Shown here: positions 1-11,058 of the stretch, one piece after another | Layout: each line of letters opens with the position of its first letter | How positions within the stretch are numbered: position 1 is the first letter of the stretch | Source of the DNA: Pseudovirgaria hyperparasitica | Lineage: Eukaryota | DNA: 64,000 bases | Strand: one strand, 5' to 3' | NCBI GenBank assembly: GCA_010093815.1 | Contig: ML996569.1 | Program-made: the position numbers and the translations under genes | Notes under the pieces: model-generated | What the model was told of the DNA's origin: nothing | The model's input: only the letters and a program-made list of their open reading frames with translations | The model's database searches: none

Positions 1-775
1 TCGGATCAATAGAGTCTTGCCGCGCAGAAGCGCTATTGTGTGAGTTGATTGAGTCGTTTCGTGGTCGTAGGGAAGGGAAGATGAAGAGAACAAGTGAGGC
101 TAGTGTGAATTGCACGACCTGGTGCAGACATGTGGTAAAGAGAGGGTAAGGAAAGATGTTTGGTTTATCGGGATTCGAGTCGTCTTTGAACATCCATTTG
201 TTGTACTGCAGACCTGTTAGCAAGGCGAGTGAGGGCGAGCTGGAGAGAGGGAAGAAGTTACTAAAGATATGGCGACTGAAAAGAGATACCTGAAGAATTG
301 TCAGCATCAAGTCAAGTAGCGCGCGAAAAGACAGCAAGACGTCATACCAAAGACATATAAGAACGGTATTTATGACCACCTCTCGTATCACAACCCTCCT
401 TGCCAGTTTTGCCTCGGAATGGGAGATGGTAGTGTCACCAGCAATACGCTCATCCAGGTGTGTGTTCCGCCTCTTTCTCCGACGACGCTTCTGTCTCTCC
501 TTGCCCGTCAAGCCAGTCTCTTCGTCGTCTTCCAGACCGTCGTCTGAGCGTGGAGTGTCCCCATCCGAACCGGAACCAGCAGAGTTTGCAGAACCGGAAA
601 CATAGTCATCTGAGTAGGCTTCTTCGTCGTCTTCTGGGATATTGCCAGAATTGTGTGGTTTTCGGCGTGGCCTCTTGCTTGACGGTTTCAGACTGCCTTG
701 ACCAAAGACGCTTGCAACGCTTGCTAGGGAGGAGCTCCTTCGACGGGCGTGGCTATGGGTACCATCGCCGCCCAT
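1..775 (-). CDS. Nucleotide-sugar/triose-phosphate transporter family protein (Ymd8/SLC35C2-like), 5' part; runs off the window edge
   Basis: Manual translation from ATG 775: MGGDGTHSHARRRSSS...DDGLEDDEETGLTGKERQKRRRRKRRN...INTVLICLW|YLFSVAISL|YNKWMF...FPYPLFTTCLHQVVQFTLA, a typical TPT-family TM1/TM2 motif. Introns 347-290 and 261-206. Absent from the ORF track because there is no stop inside the window. Confidence 0.88.
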   Translation of the reverse strand, partial: MGGDGTHSHARRRSSSLASVASVFGQGSLKPSSKRPRRKPHNSGNIPEDDEEAYSDDYVSGSANSAGSGSDGDTPRSDDGLEDDEETGLTGKERQKRRRRKRRNTHLDERIAGDTTISHSEAKLARRVVIREVVINTVLICLWYDVLLSFRALLDLMLTILQVSLFSRHIFSNFFPLSSSPSLALLTGLQYNKWMFKDDSNPDKPNIFPYPLFTTCLHQVVQFTLASLVLFIFPSLRPRNDSINSHNSASARQDSIDP

Positions 776-1073
776 CTTCTCCGAAGAAGGGGTTAACAAG
801 TGACGGTGCGGAAGTCGGCGAATGTTTGCGGAGTCGGAGGAAGAGTGGGAGGGATAGGAGGTCAGAGGAAGGCCGTGGTCGTGGCCGTGGTCGTGGTCGT
901 GGGTGGGAGAAAGGATGGGAGAGGAAGAACAATTCAAGTTTGTGGAGTGAAGAGGAGCTAGAAGTCTGGAGAGGAGAGGAGGAGTGGTGGTCATGATCTA
1001 TGGGTCTATGGGTCGAATGGGAGAGAGAGCAGAGCCTGAGGAATGAGCGGACTGTGCATCTGTGTGCTCGGAC

Positions 1074-1074
<1 letters not shown>

Positions 1075-1125
<51 letters not shown>

Positions 1126-1151
1126 TGTGTGTCTGTGTGTCTGTGTGTGTG
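1075..1151. repeat. (GT)25 microsatellite with degenerate GTCT extension
   Basis: Directly visible: pure GT 1075-1124, then interrupted copies. Confidence 0.98.
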
Positions 1152-2944
1152 CTGGTTGACTTTCAGGTGCACGAGCTGCTTGCACTCTTCCAAGGTTTTG
1201 GGCGGGTGGTTTGGGTGGATTAATAGGTGGGTTAGGTGGGTAATGGTAGGGTAGTTGGTAGGGTAGTTTGGTGGTGGTAGGGTACTATTAGGTGGTAGGG
1301 TTGGCGAGGTTAATCGGGCGGGCTTTGCGGGTACTGACTGTTAGAGGTAGCTCACAGTAATTATTAATTAGCTGTGTGGTCTGCCAGTCTGCCTCTCTCC
1401 ACTAGGGCTCTACCTCTCTCTGCCAAGCACCGCTCCTCTCGCGGGTTCGACGGCCAGATGCTGCTGATTATATATTAAAAATATCTCACACTCTCCTGCT
1501 GCAGTTTTGCCGACTGCCACGAAGCAAAAAGAAAAACAAATATTAATAATGATGAGAGCCGGTGGTGATGAACAACACTCGCCGCCCCCTGTTTGTCTGT
1601 TTGTCTCTCTCCGTGTGTCTCGCTCCCCTTACTCAACTCTCTCTCTCTCCCTTCCCCGCATCAACAACAAAACTCACTGGGTCCATCCGGCTTAGCGAAC
1701 ACCGGACTGCCCTCTACTACTCTCTAGTGCAGCCTCCTGTTCACTCTAATGCAAGTCCTCCTCGCGTGACTGTTTTATTATATACCTTTCATCATTGTTA
1801 TCATTCCTCTGTGCCTGTCCAGACAGTAGACCTCCACTGAAAGCCCTGCAGCAGTTTCTGTGCTACCAAGCCACGTCCATGTCACAGGGCGGTTATGCCA
1901 TGTCGCGATATGTCACACTACCTGGCTCTCTTTTGCTTGGCTAAGGATTTGGCTAGGTCTGTGATGCCGGCGAATTTCCATCAGGAACGATAATGGTCCG
2001 ACATCCTTCATATTTAACAAAAATAGACCAGAACACTAGACACATATTAACGATTACTCTCTCTACTGTACATCCATCCAGGAGTGGATACATATCTTCC
2101 TAATCCTCTGCAACGAAACCCACATGTCACTCACTTCCACCTTTCCCACAAAGTTGCCAAGACTCCACTGCCTAGAAACTCCATCGAGTATTTTGAGACT
2201 TTGAGCGTCGTGATCAAGGCAGAGCGTTTGCGATTCCAAGACTCTGTCCTCGCTCAACTATTTGCTCAATACTGCTTGGATCTGTCTGTCTAGTTCTCGT
2301 TGGAATGATTCTTTCTGGTGCGGTTCTAGAATTCGTGATGACTCGATGCGATGGTCTTTATAATGAATACAGCACAGCCATCTGCTAGTTCCTAGTATAT
2401 GATCATACACGCCTCGCCCATGATACGTAAACCTAGGTGCCGAGATGATGCATAGCATGGGTATATCGATGGCGCCAAAGAAAAGTATACAGACAGGCCT
2501 ATAGAGTCACAGAGGTGGATATTGTGTGGTCTGTGCAGTCTGGCCACGCGATATTGATATCCCGTCTCCATCCCATCTGTTAAGATAACAAATCCCATGT
2601 TCTCGGTCCCTTTTCTACATTTTTGTTTTGTCATGTAATTACCGTGTGCCTAAACACTCACCATGTGTGATTGTGCTGCTGCAAACGCGGTCGCGACTGA
2701 AGACATACACAACAAACACACAACATGATCTGACCTATCCATAAGCTCCGACAACTAGTGTCGGCCCTAGGCAGAAAACAGGACGTGCCTTTTTCCTCCC
2801 GTCACTCCACTTGTCACTTCTCGGTGTGTTACTACACTACAGCGCTCAAGCTTTCGCAGATCCTCCAACACCGCTCAGCTTCGTATCGCTATCCATATCT
2901 GTCTAACCCAAATGTATCAGACTTCGAGCCAATGAATCGCCCTG

Positions 2945-4158
2945 ATGGATTATAATCATCACTCTGCTGCGAACCAGCCACACCCCACACTCCAGAACCA
3001 GCAGCACCCGTACCAGTACCATGGCGCGCAGCATGCAATGGGTAATGCTGGCCCGTCACCGTCAATGCACCAGCAAGGCCAGATGCCACGAGGTGGTAAG
3101 TCCATATCCTTCTGCTATTACTTACTCAGTGTGACTGGTCGAACGTTCGATGCTTCATGCCTACCTACCTTACCTACCTACCCATCTACCTTACCAACCC
3201 CCTCCCTCATGCCCCAGTGCAGTCCCTTCAGCTCGCCTGTGCGCCATAATATCTCGTAACCATCACACAGCTCTGGCGCTGACTCTCTTTCCAGGCCCTC
3301 AGCAATTCTACCAGCAGAACCTTCCTTACTCCCAGGGCCATCCGCATACACAGATCAGTCCCACAGCGCCTGGAGCGCCAGCCCAGAAGTTTGCGCAAAA
3401 CATAGGTCTACAAACATCCTCGCCGCAAACCCACGCCTCAATCTACTCAACCACCCCGCAAACCTCACAGCCTCCACTACCACCTCCTCCTCCTCCTCAA
3501 TCCGACTCCAATCAGCCTTCGCCAATGGCCGCACCAACATCTACACAGCCGCTCGCGCAGCAAGGCGCGCCTGTCCAGACGAGACCAGTCCCCCAATCGC
3601 CCATCACGCCAGAGGGACAAGCGAAAGAGCGAGAGCGAATGACGCTGTTACTAGACATCAACTCGGAGCTACTGCAAGAGCTGTCCATTCTACAGAGCCA
3701 GGGCAAAGGCGGTGCAGGTGGTGGCACAGACGGCCCTGTTGGACCAGGAGGTGGCATGAAACCAGACGGCCAGCAACAGGCGTCCAAAGACTATCTCGAG
3801 TACGTATCCAGACGTCATGAAACAGCGCGCACGTCAGCACACACACTGTGGGTGGAACGTTTGCCAATTCCAGCTAAAAAAAATTAGGCTTCTCCGTCGA
3901 CTCCAGTCCAACCTCGCCTACCAAGCCTCCACGGCCGAGCGATATGGCGGTAAAGTGGGACAAGTCCAGCCCGGGCCCGCGATCATGACAGCGCCTGCGT
4001 CACCCCCTGCCCTGAAAGAGATGTACGCGCGCCTACAAGCCCTGTTCCCGGGCTGGAAGGGCTCGCAGACGGTCAAGAACTCGCCGGGACCACAGCAGCG
4101 ACAAAACCTCCCACAAGGACACGGTGCTGGACCCCCGACCGCTCCAGGAATGCAATAA
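2945..4158 (+). CDS. Q/P-rich protein with SSXT/SS18-like helical motif (putative SWI/SNF-associated coactivator)
   Basis: Three exons (2945-3095, 3295-3799, 3888-4158) joined in frame by GT-AG introns. Core RERMTLLLDINSELLQELSILQSQGKG...DYLELLRRLQSNLAYQASTAE resembles the SSXT pattern LDxNxxLIxxIxxxQxxGK...YxxxLQxNLxYLA. Confidence 0.7.
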
Positions 4159-4404
4159 GACATGTAATCAGCCTAAACGCAAACACCAAAAAAAAGCCAA
4201 TGTGCTCGAATGTAATAGTCATGTCATTAATTCGTAAAGAAAAGAAGAAGAAAAAAAAGAGAAGGAAAAAGAAAGAACACTTCTGGCCATTCTTGTAAAA
4301 GAGTATACCCGTTGGGATATATATATGTATATGGACCGAATTCCTCGGAAGTTGAAACAAAGCGATTTGTATAATTCATGATACACCCTGGGGATAATGT
4401 ACAG

Positions 4405-4477
4405 ACAGAGAGAGAGAAAGAGAGAGAGAGAGAGACAGAGAAGAAGAAGCAGAAGAAGAAGAAGGAGAAGAAGAAGC
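4405..4477. repeat. Compound (AG)n/(AAG)n microsatellite
   Basis: Directly visible AG and GAA runs. Confidence 0.95.
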
Positions 4478-4730
4478 ACGAAAAAAAACCACAAAATCGG
4501 GGTGACTTTGGGTATGTCATTATCGGACTCACTCCAGAGAGCTCGACATGTCGTGTCAGGCAGGGGATGACTTGGTAGTTGGTATTGTTCAAAACTCTGT
4601 CCCCCAACACCCCCGGCTAAAGTAAAAAAAAAAACCTAACGATCAAAACATCTGGAAAGCATCTTATGATGATGAGGAGGAGGTGTGTGTACCCTGTACT
4701 AAAGAAAGTCGGCGTTGTTTCTTGGACAAG

Positions 4731-4801
4731 ATATGTATGTATGTATGTACGTACGTACGTCGGAATTACTCTACATTCAGAGCTTTTTAAAAGCATACAC
4801 A

Positions 4802-4833
<32 letters not shown>

Positions 4834-4836
4834 CAC
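4731..4836. repeat. (TATG)/(TACG) repeats and (ACGC)8 microsatellite
   Basis: Directly visible; ACGC x8 at 4801-4832. Confidence 0.95.
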
Positions 4837-5078
4837 AAGGGTGCTCGCAGTCCTAACAGTCTACAGTCAAGTTATAAACTACACTAGCTCCAATACACAC
4901 CACACCCTATGTGCCCTCCTCCTACCCAGAAAGAAAAAAACAAACATTCGACATATATAAACGCCCACCAGAAATGCAAAATATGGTATATCTGTTCAAA
5001 CGCCCCCCAACCAACTACCCAATCAACATAATAAGACACCTCTTCTCCTCCTCTTAACCCCCCATCCTCCCAACTCCC

Positions 5079-6577
5079 TCAATCCTGCGCAAACGGATTA
5101 ATCATCCACGCCGCCCCCCCAACCATGCCCCCAACCACAAACAACGTCAAGACCGCCGCTCCAACCTTATCCGCCACCCCAACCGTCTTCCCCGCAAACG
5201 GATCAACCGCCACCTCCGACCCAGCATTCGGATCCCCGACACTCGTCCCACCCGACCCCGCACCCACGGGGCCCGCCGCCTTGACAGAAAGCACATTCTG
5301 CACGGCCTCGAGCGCAGCCATCTGCTCGCCCACACCCGTCAAGCCGTCATACTGGCCGCCGGGGGAGATCCAGGAATAGCCGCAGTCTGTGCCGGACGAG
5401 CCGCCGGCGCAGACCTTTGCGGCGGCGACGGCGCTGGTGCGGAGGATGGGCAGGAGGGCGGGGATGGTGTGTGGGGCGAGCTGCATGGTCGAGCCGAGCC
5501 AGCGGGAGATGTAGGCTTTGAAGGAGCGTTGGTCGAGGTTGCAGCGCTGGACGGTTTCGCAGGCGGGTTCGTAGAGGGTGTTTGGGGTGTCTGGGTGGGT
5601 GAAGACGGAGAGGGAGGTGATGGCGCCGTCGAGGCGGGATTTCCATTTTGGGTCTTCGGTCTGGAAGGGGGTGAGGGAGGTTAGATTTGTGGTGGGTGGG
5701 AGGGAAAGGAGGGAGGAAGGAAAGAAAGGGGAACATACTCTGTTGTACATGTGCGCGAGGCCGAGCAGGTTGACGCCCGCGTTGTAGGACCACTGCGTGC
5801 GGTCGAGGTTCTGGCAGTCGCGGCCGTTGTCGTGGTGCGCGCCGTCGAGAAACATAAAGTCTGGCGTGATGTAGCCGACCGAGGTCATCCAGTCCCATGC
5901 GCGCTCGGCCCATTCGGCGTAGGTGGTGTTGCCCGTGTACGAGGCGAGGCGGGAGGCGATGTTGAAGAAGCAGCCGTTGGAGATGGTGTTCTTGTACGCG
6001 AACCCGACGTTGAACTGGGAGATTTGCCATTTCAGGCCGCCGCCGCACGAGGGGTCCCATCGGGCGGCCTGGGTGTTGAAGACGGCTTGGGCGATGGTGA
6101 GCCATTGTGGTTGGTCGGGGGGTGGGTTGGGAAAGTTGCGCTCTGCGGCCATCATGGCGGTGATGCCCCAGAAGCCTTGGTCGTCGTTGCCGAGCTGTCT
6201 GCTTTGGTTGGCTGGCATCATCGCTCGGTCGTCTCCTGCTTGGTGGACTATTGCTTGTGAGACCTGCTGATGTCAGTGACTGTTCAAGACAACCTTCTGT
6301 TCTTAGGCCGACACACCCTGTCGTTGAATTGATCATCACCGGTATAATGCCAATAATCAACCAATGCTCCCATCATCGCGCCACACTCCCACCAGTAGTA
6401 AGGATCCGGTAGATTGCCAGGAACATCGCCCGGCCTCCATCCAGTGTAATATGAGAATAAACGCTCTGCTATCGTTTTGGTGGTTGACTTGATCGACTCA
6501 TCGTCGTCTGGATTAAGCTCTATCGACTGAACTTGCGACACGGCAAATAGCAGCGGAACCAGTTTTAAGAGCCTCAT
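5079..6577 (-). CDS. DFG5/DCW1: GH76 alpha-1,6-mannanase/transglycosidase, Dfg5/Dcw1 family, likely GPI-anchored
   Basis: Signal peptide MRLLKLVPLLFAVSQVQS, PYYWWECGAMMGALVDYW, catalytic GNDDQGFW, CGGGLKWQ, YKNTISNG, DQRSFKAY and a hydrophobic C-terminus. Introns 6316-6264 and 5738-5661. Confidence 0.95.
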
Positions 6578-8192
6578 CTTCGAGTAAGGCCGTGGTCGTT
6601 ATAGGGACAATCGGCTGTTTTATAAGGTAGAAGACGACAGTGTTGACAGAATCACAGCTTGATGCACAGCATCGAGAGCGAGAGACAATCCGAAAAAAAA
6701 AAAAAAACAGGAATGTGACCTTACGACGAGTAAAGTCCTTGACAAACGAGTGAATAATGCGACGTCTCTGTGAGTTGGTTAGATTTGATTATAGGTACAG
6801 AATGCGGCGTAAGAATGATGAATCGCGCGGCTATGGTCAGCATGCCACCGAAAATAGAATTCAGGCAATGCAAGGAATACGGCTTGAGACGCAGACGTAC
6901 AAGAGAGAAAAAGAGCAAAACGACAGAGAAGGCAGACAGTCCACATAATTACATTTCACATCATGATACAGCGCAAGGGGCTGTGACCAATGTTGAAAGT
7001 GCCTAGGATAAGACGATCAGTAGGAGCTGGGCAATACCTTGGGGTACCTAGTCGTCGAGGCACCAAGACATGACGCTTGGATCCATCTATCCATGTCTTG
7101 TCTTTTGCTGCGCCTTAGCCCTAGGGCAGAGCGTGTTTCGGAAGGATGCTGTTCATTTCTCGAGTGGTTTGCGTGCCTCGGACTTGCTATCGGACATGTA
7201 TACTACCTCAACAATCAACCATCGAAGGCATCTACGACAGCGACGTGGACTTCTTCACAGAGACGACCTGTCTTCGATACAGTTGTGAAAGCTAAACAGC
7301 CAAGGATGTGTTACGCGTTCCGCCGAGTGTAATGTCTTAGCCTCACGAGAGCGGGTGAGGGAATACGAAACGACTAGTAAAGCACGCGGGGCTCGGATTC
7401 GTTCTGAATCCGCGCGCCAAGCCGAACTTGGATCTTGGAGATGGACCTTAAAAGGTACGTACCTTGGACAATAGCCTCAGGTAATTATCGTAATACGTAA
7501 TATTGCCTACAGCAACGGTGGCATGTTGTAGCCGTGAGGCGTCGACTTTCAAAGAGGCCGACTTGCATCTGAAGCACATCCCGTGTAAGAGACACGAACA
7601 CGCAGCATCGCCCCGGAACCGTTGCCGTTACAGCCAAGTCTTCTTGTGCTCGCCTGAATATAATATTAGCCTTGTTGGTTGGCTGCAGAAGACGTATTTA
7701 TTGGCTGAGTGAGGCATCATGCCGTGAAAGTTTGTCTGCAACAGCCCCAGCCCGTCGGAACTTGCGCTGTACATCGTACGAACATCTCATCGGTCCGTTC
7801 TCCACTTCGGCAGTGGTGGGGCTTCATAATAAGATTGCAAGACGGTGTTATTCAGTATTGAGGCTGTGCTGATTCTGGTCGGAGATGGATGGGTGTAGCA
7901 TGGTCCGAAGAATCTCCGTCTCCGGGGCAGATATGAGATAAGATAATACTCTTTTCTTGCGACCCAACACGCACAACTCCGCTCTCTACAATTCATGACC
8001 AATGGACTTTGCCCGCTTCCATACACGCTTCAGACTGACTGATCGAACTCAACGCATTTAGACTCAGCGACCTGATACTGTCTTCTTTGTATGCTATAAA
8101 TTAACAAAACTACTAGATCCTCAACGCACGACGTCGAGACTCAATTCTTCGCTCACCCACACTTCTCCGAACTAAACCTCCACAGCCAAATC

Positions 8193-8669
8193 ATGGCAGC
8201 CGAACCGTCTCCATCTCTACCTCCATCCAACGATGAAATCCTAGCACATGCCAACAAAGTCTTCACCACCCGCCTCCTCCCCAAAAGCCCCATCTACAAC
8301 TTCCTTCTGACCCCGCTCGAGCTCATATCTGCAACAAAGGGCACTGTAGTAGCACGCCTGCCCCTCACGGACGTTCATGTCAACTCCAAGGGCGGAATCC
8401 ACGGCTCCACCAGCGCCACGATCGTAGACCTCATCGGCGGCCTCGCAATCGCCGCCTATGACCTACGAGACTCCACAGGCGTGTCCGTCGATATCCACAT
8501 CACGTACGTATCGTCGGCCAAGGTTGGCGATATCATTGAGATTGTGGGGAGCGTGGATAAGGTGGGTGGCACTCTGGCCTATACCAGTGTGACGATATGG
8601 AAGGTGGTTGATGGACAGCGGGGGCCTGTTGTGGTGAAGGGGAGCCATACAAAGTATGTAAGGATATAA
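8193..8669 (+). CDS. Hotdog-fold acyl-CoA thioesterase (PaaI/ACOT13-THEM2-like)
   Basis: HVNSKGGIHGSTSATIVD, GVSVDIHITY and C-terminal GSHTKY motifs; 158 aa single exon. Confidence 0.92.
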   Translation: MAAEPSPSLPPSNDEILAHANKVFTTRLLPKSPIYNFLLTPLELISATKGTVVARLPLTDVHVNSKGGIHGSTSATIVDLIGGLAIAAYDLRDSTGVSVDIHITYVSSAKVGDIIEIVGSVDKVGGTLAYTSVTIWKVVDGQRGPVVVKGSHTKYVRI

Positions 8670-8995
8670 AGGAATGCATGAGATGGAGCGAAAACCTAGA
8701 CAACGCTTTCTTTCTTTGAGTCTGGCATGATTGCACTTCCCTTTGAATGCGGGTCTCACTCGGAAAGCGAAGATCAAGTGCTCCGTCGGTATCTTACATG
8801 GTCTTGTAAGAAGCCTTGCTAAGCGTCGGCAATGTAAGCTGGTACTCCGGCAGAGCGACATCTGATTATACACATACACATAGACTATACCATAATAGTG
8901 TTCCGAAACAAATAACTTTTCGACGCCCGACCGACCACTTCGGGTATATACCTCCCTGAGCACCATGATGACCACCCCTTCCTTCTCCTCTCTTT

Positions 8996-9862
8996 CTACA
9001 ACACCAACCTCCCATTCCCAATCCACTCCGCCCAGAGTCCCCCATTTTCCCTTGCGACATCCTCCGCGCTCCGCCCACTCGCATCTCTCAACGTCCTGAT
9101 GTCCACCTTGCCCTCCATCTCGCTATCCGTCGGCCTCATGATGCCCAACACCTCCGCCTCCTGAAACACCTGCGGCGGAAACGCCTGCAAGTCTAACGTA
9201 CTCGCCATGAGCAGCAATAGCCACACAACCTCACGACTCCCCGCCGCAACGGCTGCATGAAGCCCGCTCTGCATATCGCCAATCGGGTCTTGATACCGTA
9301 GCCAGTCGACCGTACTGCCATGCTGCCCTTCGCCCTCGCCCTCGCCCTCGTCCATCTCCTCGTCGTCGCCCTCGCTCTCCGCTGAGTCTTGTATCATCTC
9401 TACAATGGCAGTCAGGTCGCCTGCGCGGCAGAACTCCAGAAACGCGCGCGCTTTGGTTTCCTCGGGGTATGCTTTGAGGTATGCTTCTTCCATGAGGAGC
9501 GGGAGGATGTCGAGGTTTTCTTGCACGCCGCCTTCGTTGGAGAGTGTGCACAGGATCTGTTGGCCGCCGTTGGGGGTAGGACGGATAAGGGCTGTATTGC
9601 AGGCCGGACAGCTGTCGATGGTGTAGGATTCAAGGAGGCAGTCCCTGTTGGTGGAGAGCCGTCAGAAAAAGCTGCGTGTGTATCATGATCTGGTGTGCTA
9701 TTCTTACCAGTGGAAGTGGCAGCCGCAGCTCAAGTGTACATCATCTGGGACTTGCTTTGTGGGCTGCGCACTGCTGGAACCGCCCATTGAAGTGTCCTCA
9801 TCGTCGTCTGAGAAGTCGATATCGAGCACAAGGTGCTTCTTACATGCGACACAGACAGACAT
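8996..9862 (-). CDS. Conserved hypothetical protein with variant RING-like zinc finger and ankyrin-like repeat
   Basis: Exon 1 MSVCVACKKHL...VPDDVHLSCGCHFHW, GT-AG intron (~9707-9645), exon 2 DCLLESYTIDSCPAC...; later FLEFCRAGD and QSGLHAAVAAGSREVVWLLL (ankyrin-like), RDASGRSAEDVA. Confidence 0.8.
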
Positions 9863-10154
9863 GCTGAACAAGACCGTGGTTTCGAGGGAATAAAATTGGT
9901 GATCTTGAATTCGAAGCTAGGAATTTGTGTTTTAAAAATTTAGGGCTGGGTGCAGATCGTGGATTTTTCGGAGTGTTCTCCGCAACAGGGCCCCTCATCT
10001 CCGATCCGGATAGCCACTAAACACTAATCTTCATGTTCTTCGCTCATCTCATTGACTGACAGGCGTCTCCAAGGTAGCATCTCGGTCTTGCCATGTATTG
10101 GTTCAGCTCTTGGCTTCCCAACGGCTACCTTACGCATCGTGAGTTTGTAAACAC

Positions 10155-10662
10155 TCATGCCTATACCGTATGATGTCAGTACTTCAAGTGCTTCCAATGC
10201 GATGTTTATTCGCAGTTTTAGGGCTGCTCGACTTACCCTTGGTACTTGGTATGGATCAGTCCGAGAAACACTTAATCGAGCGCGCGGAGCAGTCTGAACC
10301 ACCCTGGGAGGTACATAAGGATCGTTCCGAGCGACATCTTGACCCTGAAGGCTTTGGACAGTCTGGTGAGCCATCCCGTACTCCCGCTGATACTTCCTCT
10401 GCTTATAGGCGGCCTTCTTCTCCTGTCTTTCCGCTCGACGCCTCTCACGAGTAGGGTGGTCGAAATACAGCCCCGTCTTGATGTGCCCGCATTCGAATAT
10501 CACAGTGAAAGCGTGAATGATTGCGACGGGCCAGAACAGTAGCCAGATGATGAGGTTACCGATGGCATGGTAGGCTAGATCTTCGTGGCGGTAGTATGCG
10601 TAAACGACTGCAAGAGGTGGCAGGAGCAGGATGAGCAGGATGAAGCCGAAACCATGCCACAT
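10155..10662 (-). CDS. Pmp3/UPF0057-like proteolipid domain with basic hydrophilic C-terminal tail
   Basis: N-terminal two-TM hairpin ILLILLLPPLAVV...GNLIIWLLFWPVAIIHAFTVI. Intron 10236-10161 (GTAAGT..CTGAC..TAG) gives a ~143 aa product ending ...YQVPRA*; the unspliced ORF is 212 aa. Confidence 0.7.
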
Positions 10663-11058
10663 GACTTAATTTCAATGGTACAGCCGGACGATAGGGAGGT
10701 GAGGGTCTAATGCAACGTGAGGTATGACCTCACCGTTGGTGGTAAACTGATGATGCCTCAGTGACGATGATACAGAGAGAACAGCTAAGGTAGGTAATAT
10801 TGCAGTAGGATGGCTGGAGGAAACATCCTGACATATAAGTTGGCTGGCCAGGGATGACAGGCTAAGACGATAGTAGAGGCAGGAGTGGTTCACGTATAAT
10901 TACACCATAACCTGTGACTACCTTGCGAAAACGCAGGCTTCAAGGGACAAACGACATGAACAAGATTGTCCGGCCAAGTTTCATAAAGTAGCTCATGGGA
11001 ACACGTAAGTCTAGAGTCTATATCTAAACAACCACAACACCTTTTCCTGCGAGAACTC

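Noticed and set aside
753..1254. ORFs with HTHTHT / VCVCVC repeats
   Set aside because: Translations of the (GT)n microsatellite and purine-rich leader, not proteins.
1441..1456. GGTTCGA T-loop-like motif (also near 60050) suggesting tRNA
   Set aside because: No cloverleaf, A-box or acceptor stem could be built.
4073..4960. Cluster of low-complexity ORFs (poly-L/F, ERER, HART)
   Set aside because: Products of SSRs in the 3' regions between convergent genes.
5347..6360. 337-aa alternative-frame ORF and antisense ORFs over the GH76 gene
   Set aside because: Arg/Pro-rich shadow frames expected from high GC3; no independent motifs.
8654..8669. GTATGT donor-like sequence near the thioesterase stop (possible cryptic PTS1 isoform)
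   Set aside because: HTKYV is the normal family ending, and no convincing branch or acceptor giving an SKL-type end was found.
8463..9026. 187-aa antisense ORF overlapping the thioesterase
   Set aside because: Non-ATG start, overlaps two real genes, no domain features.
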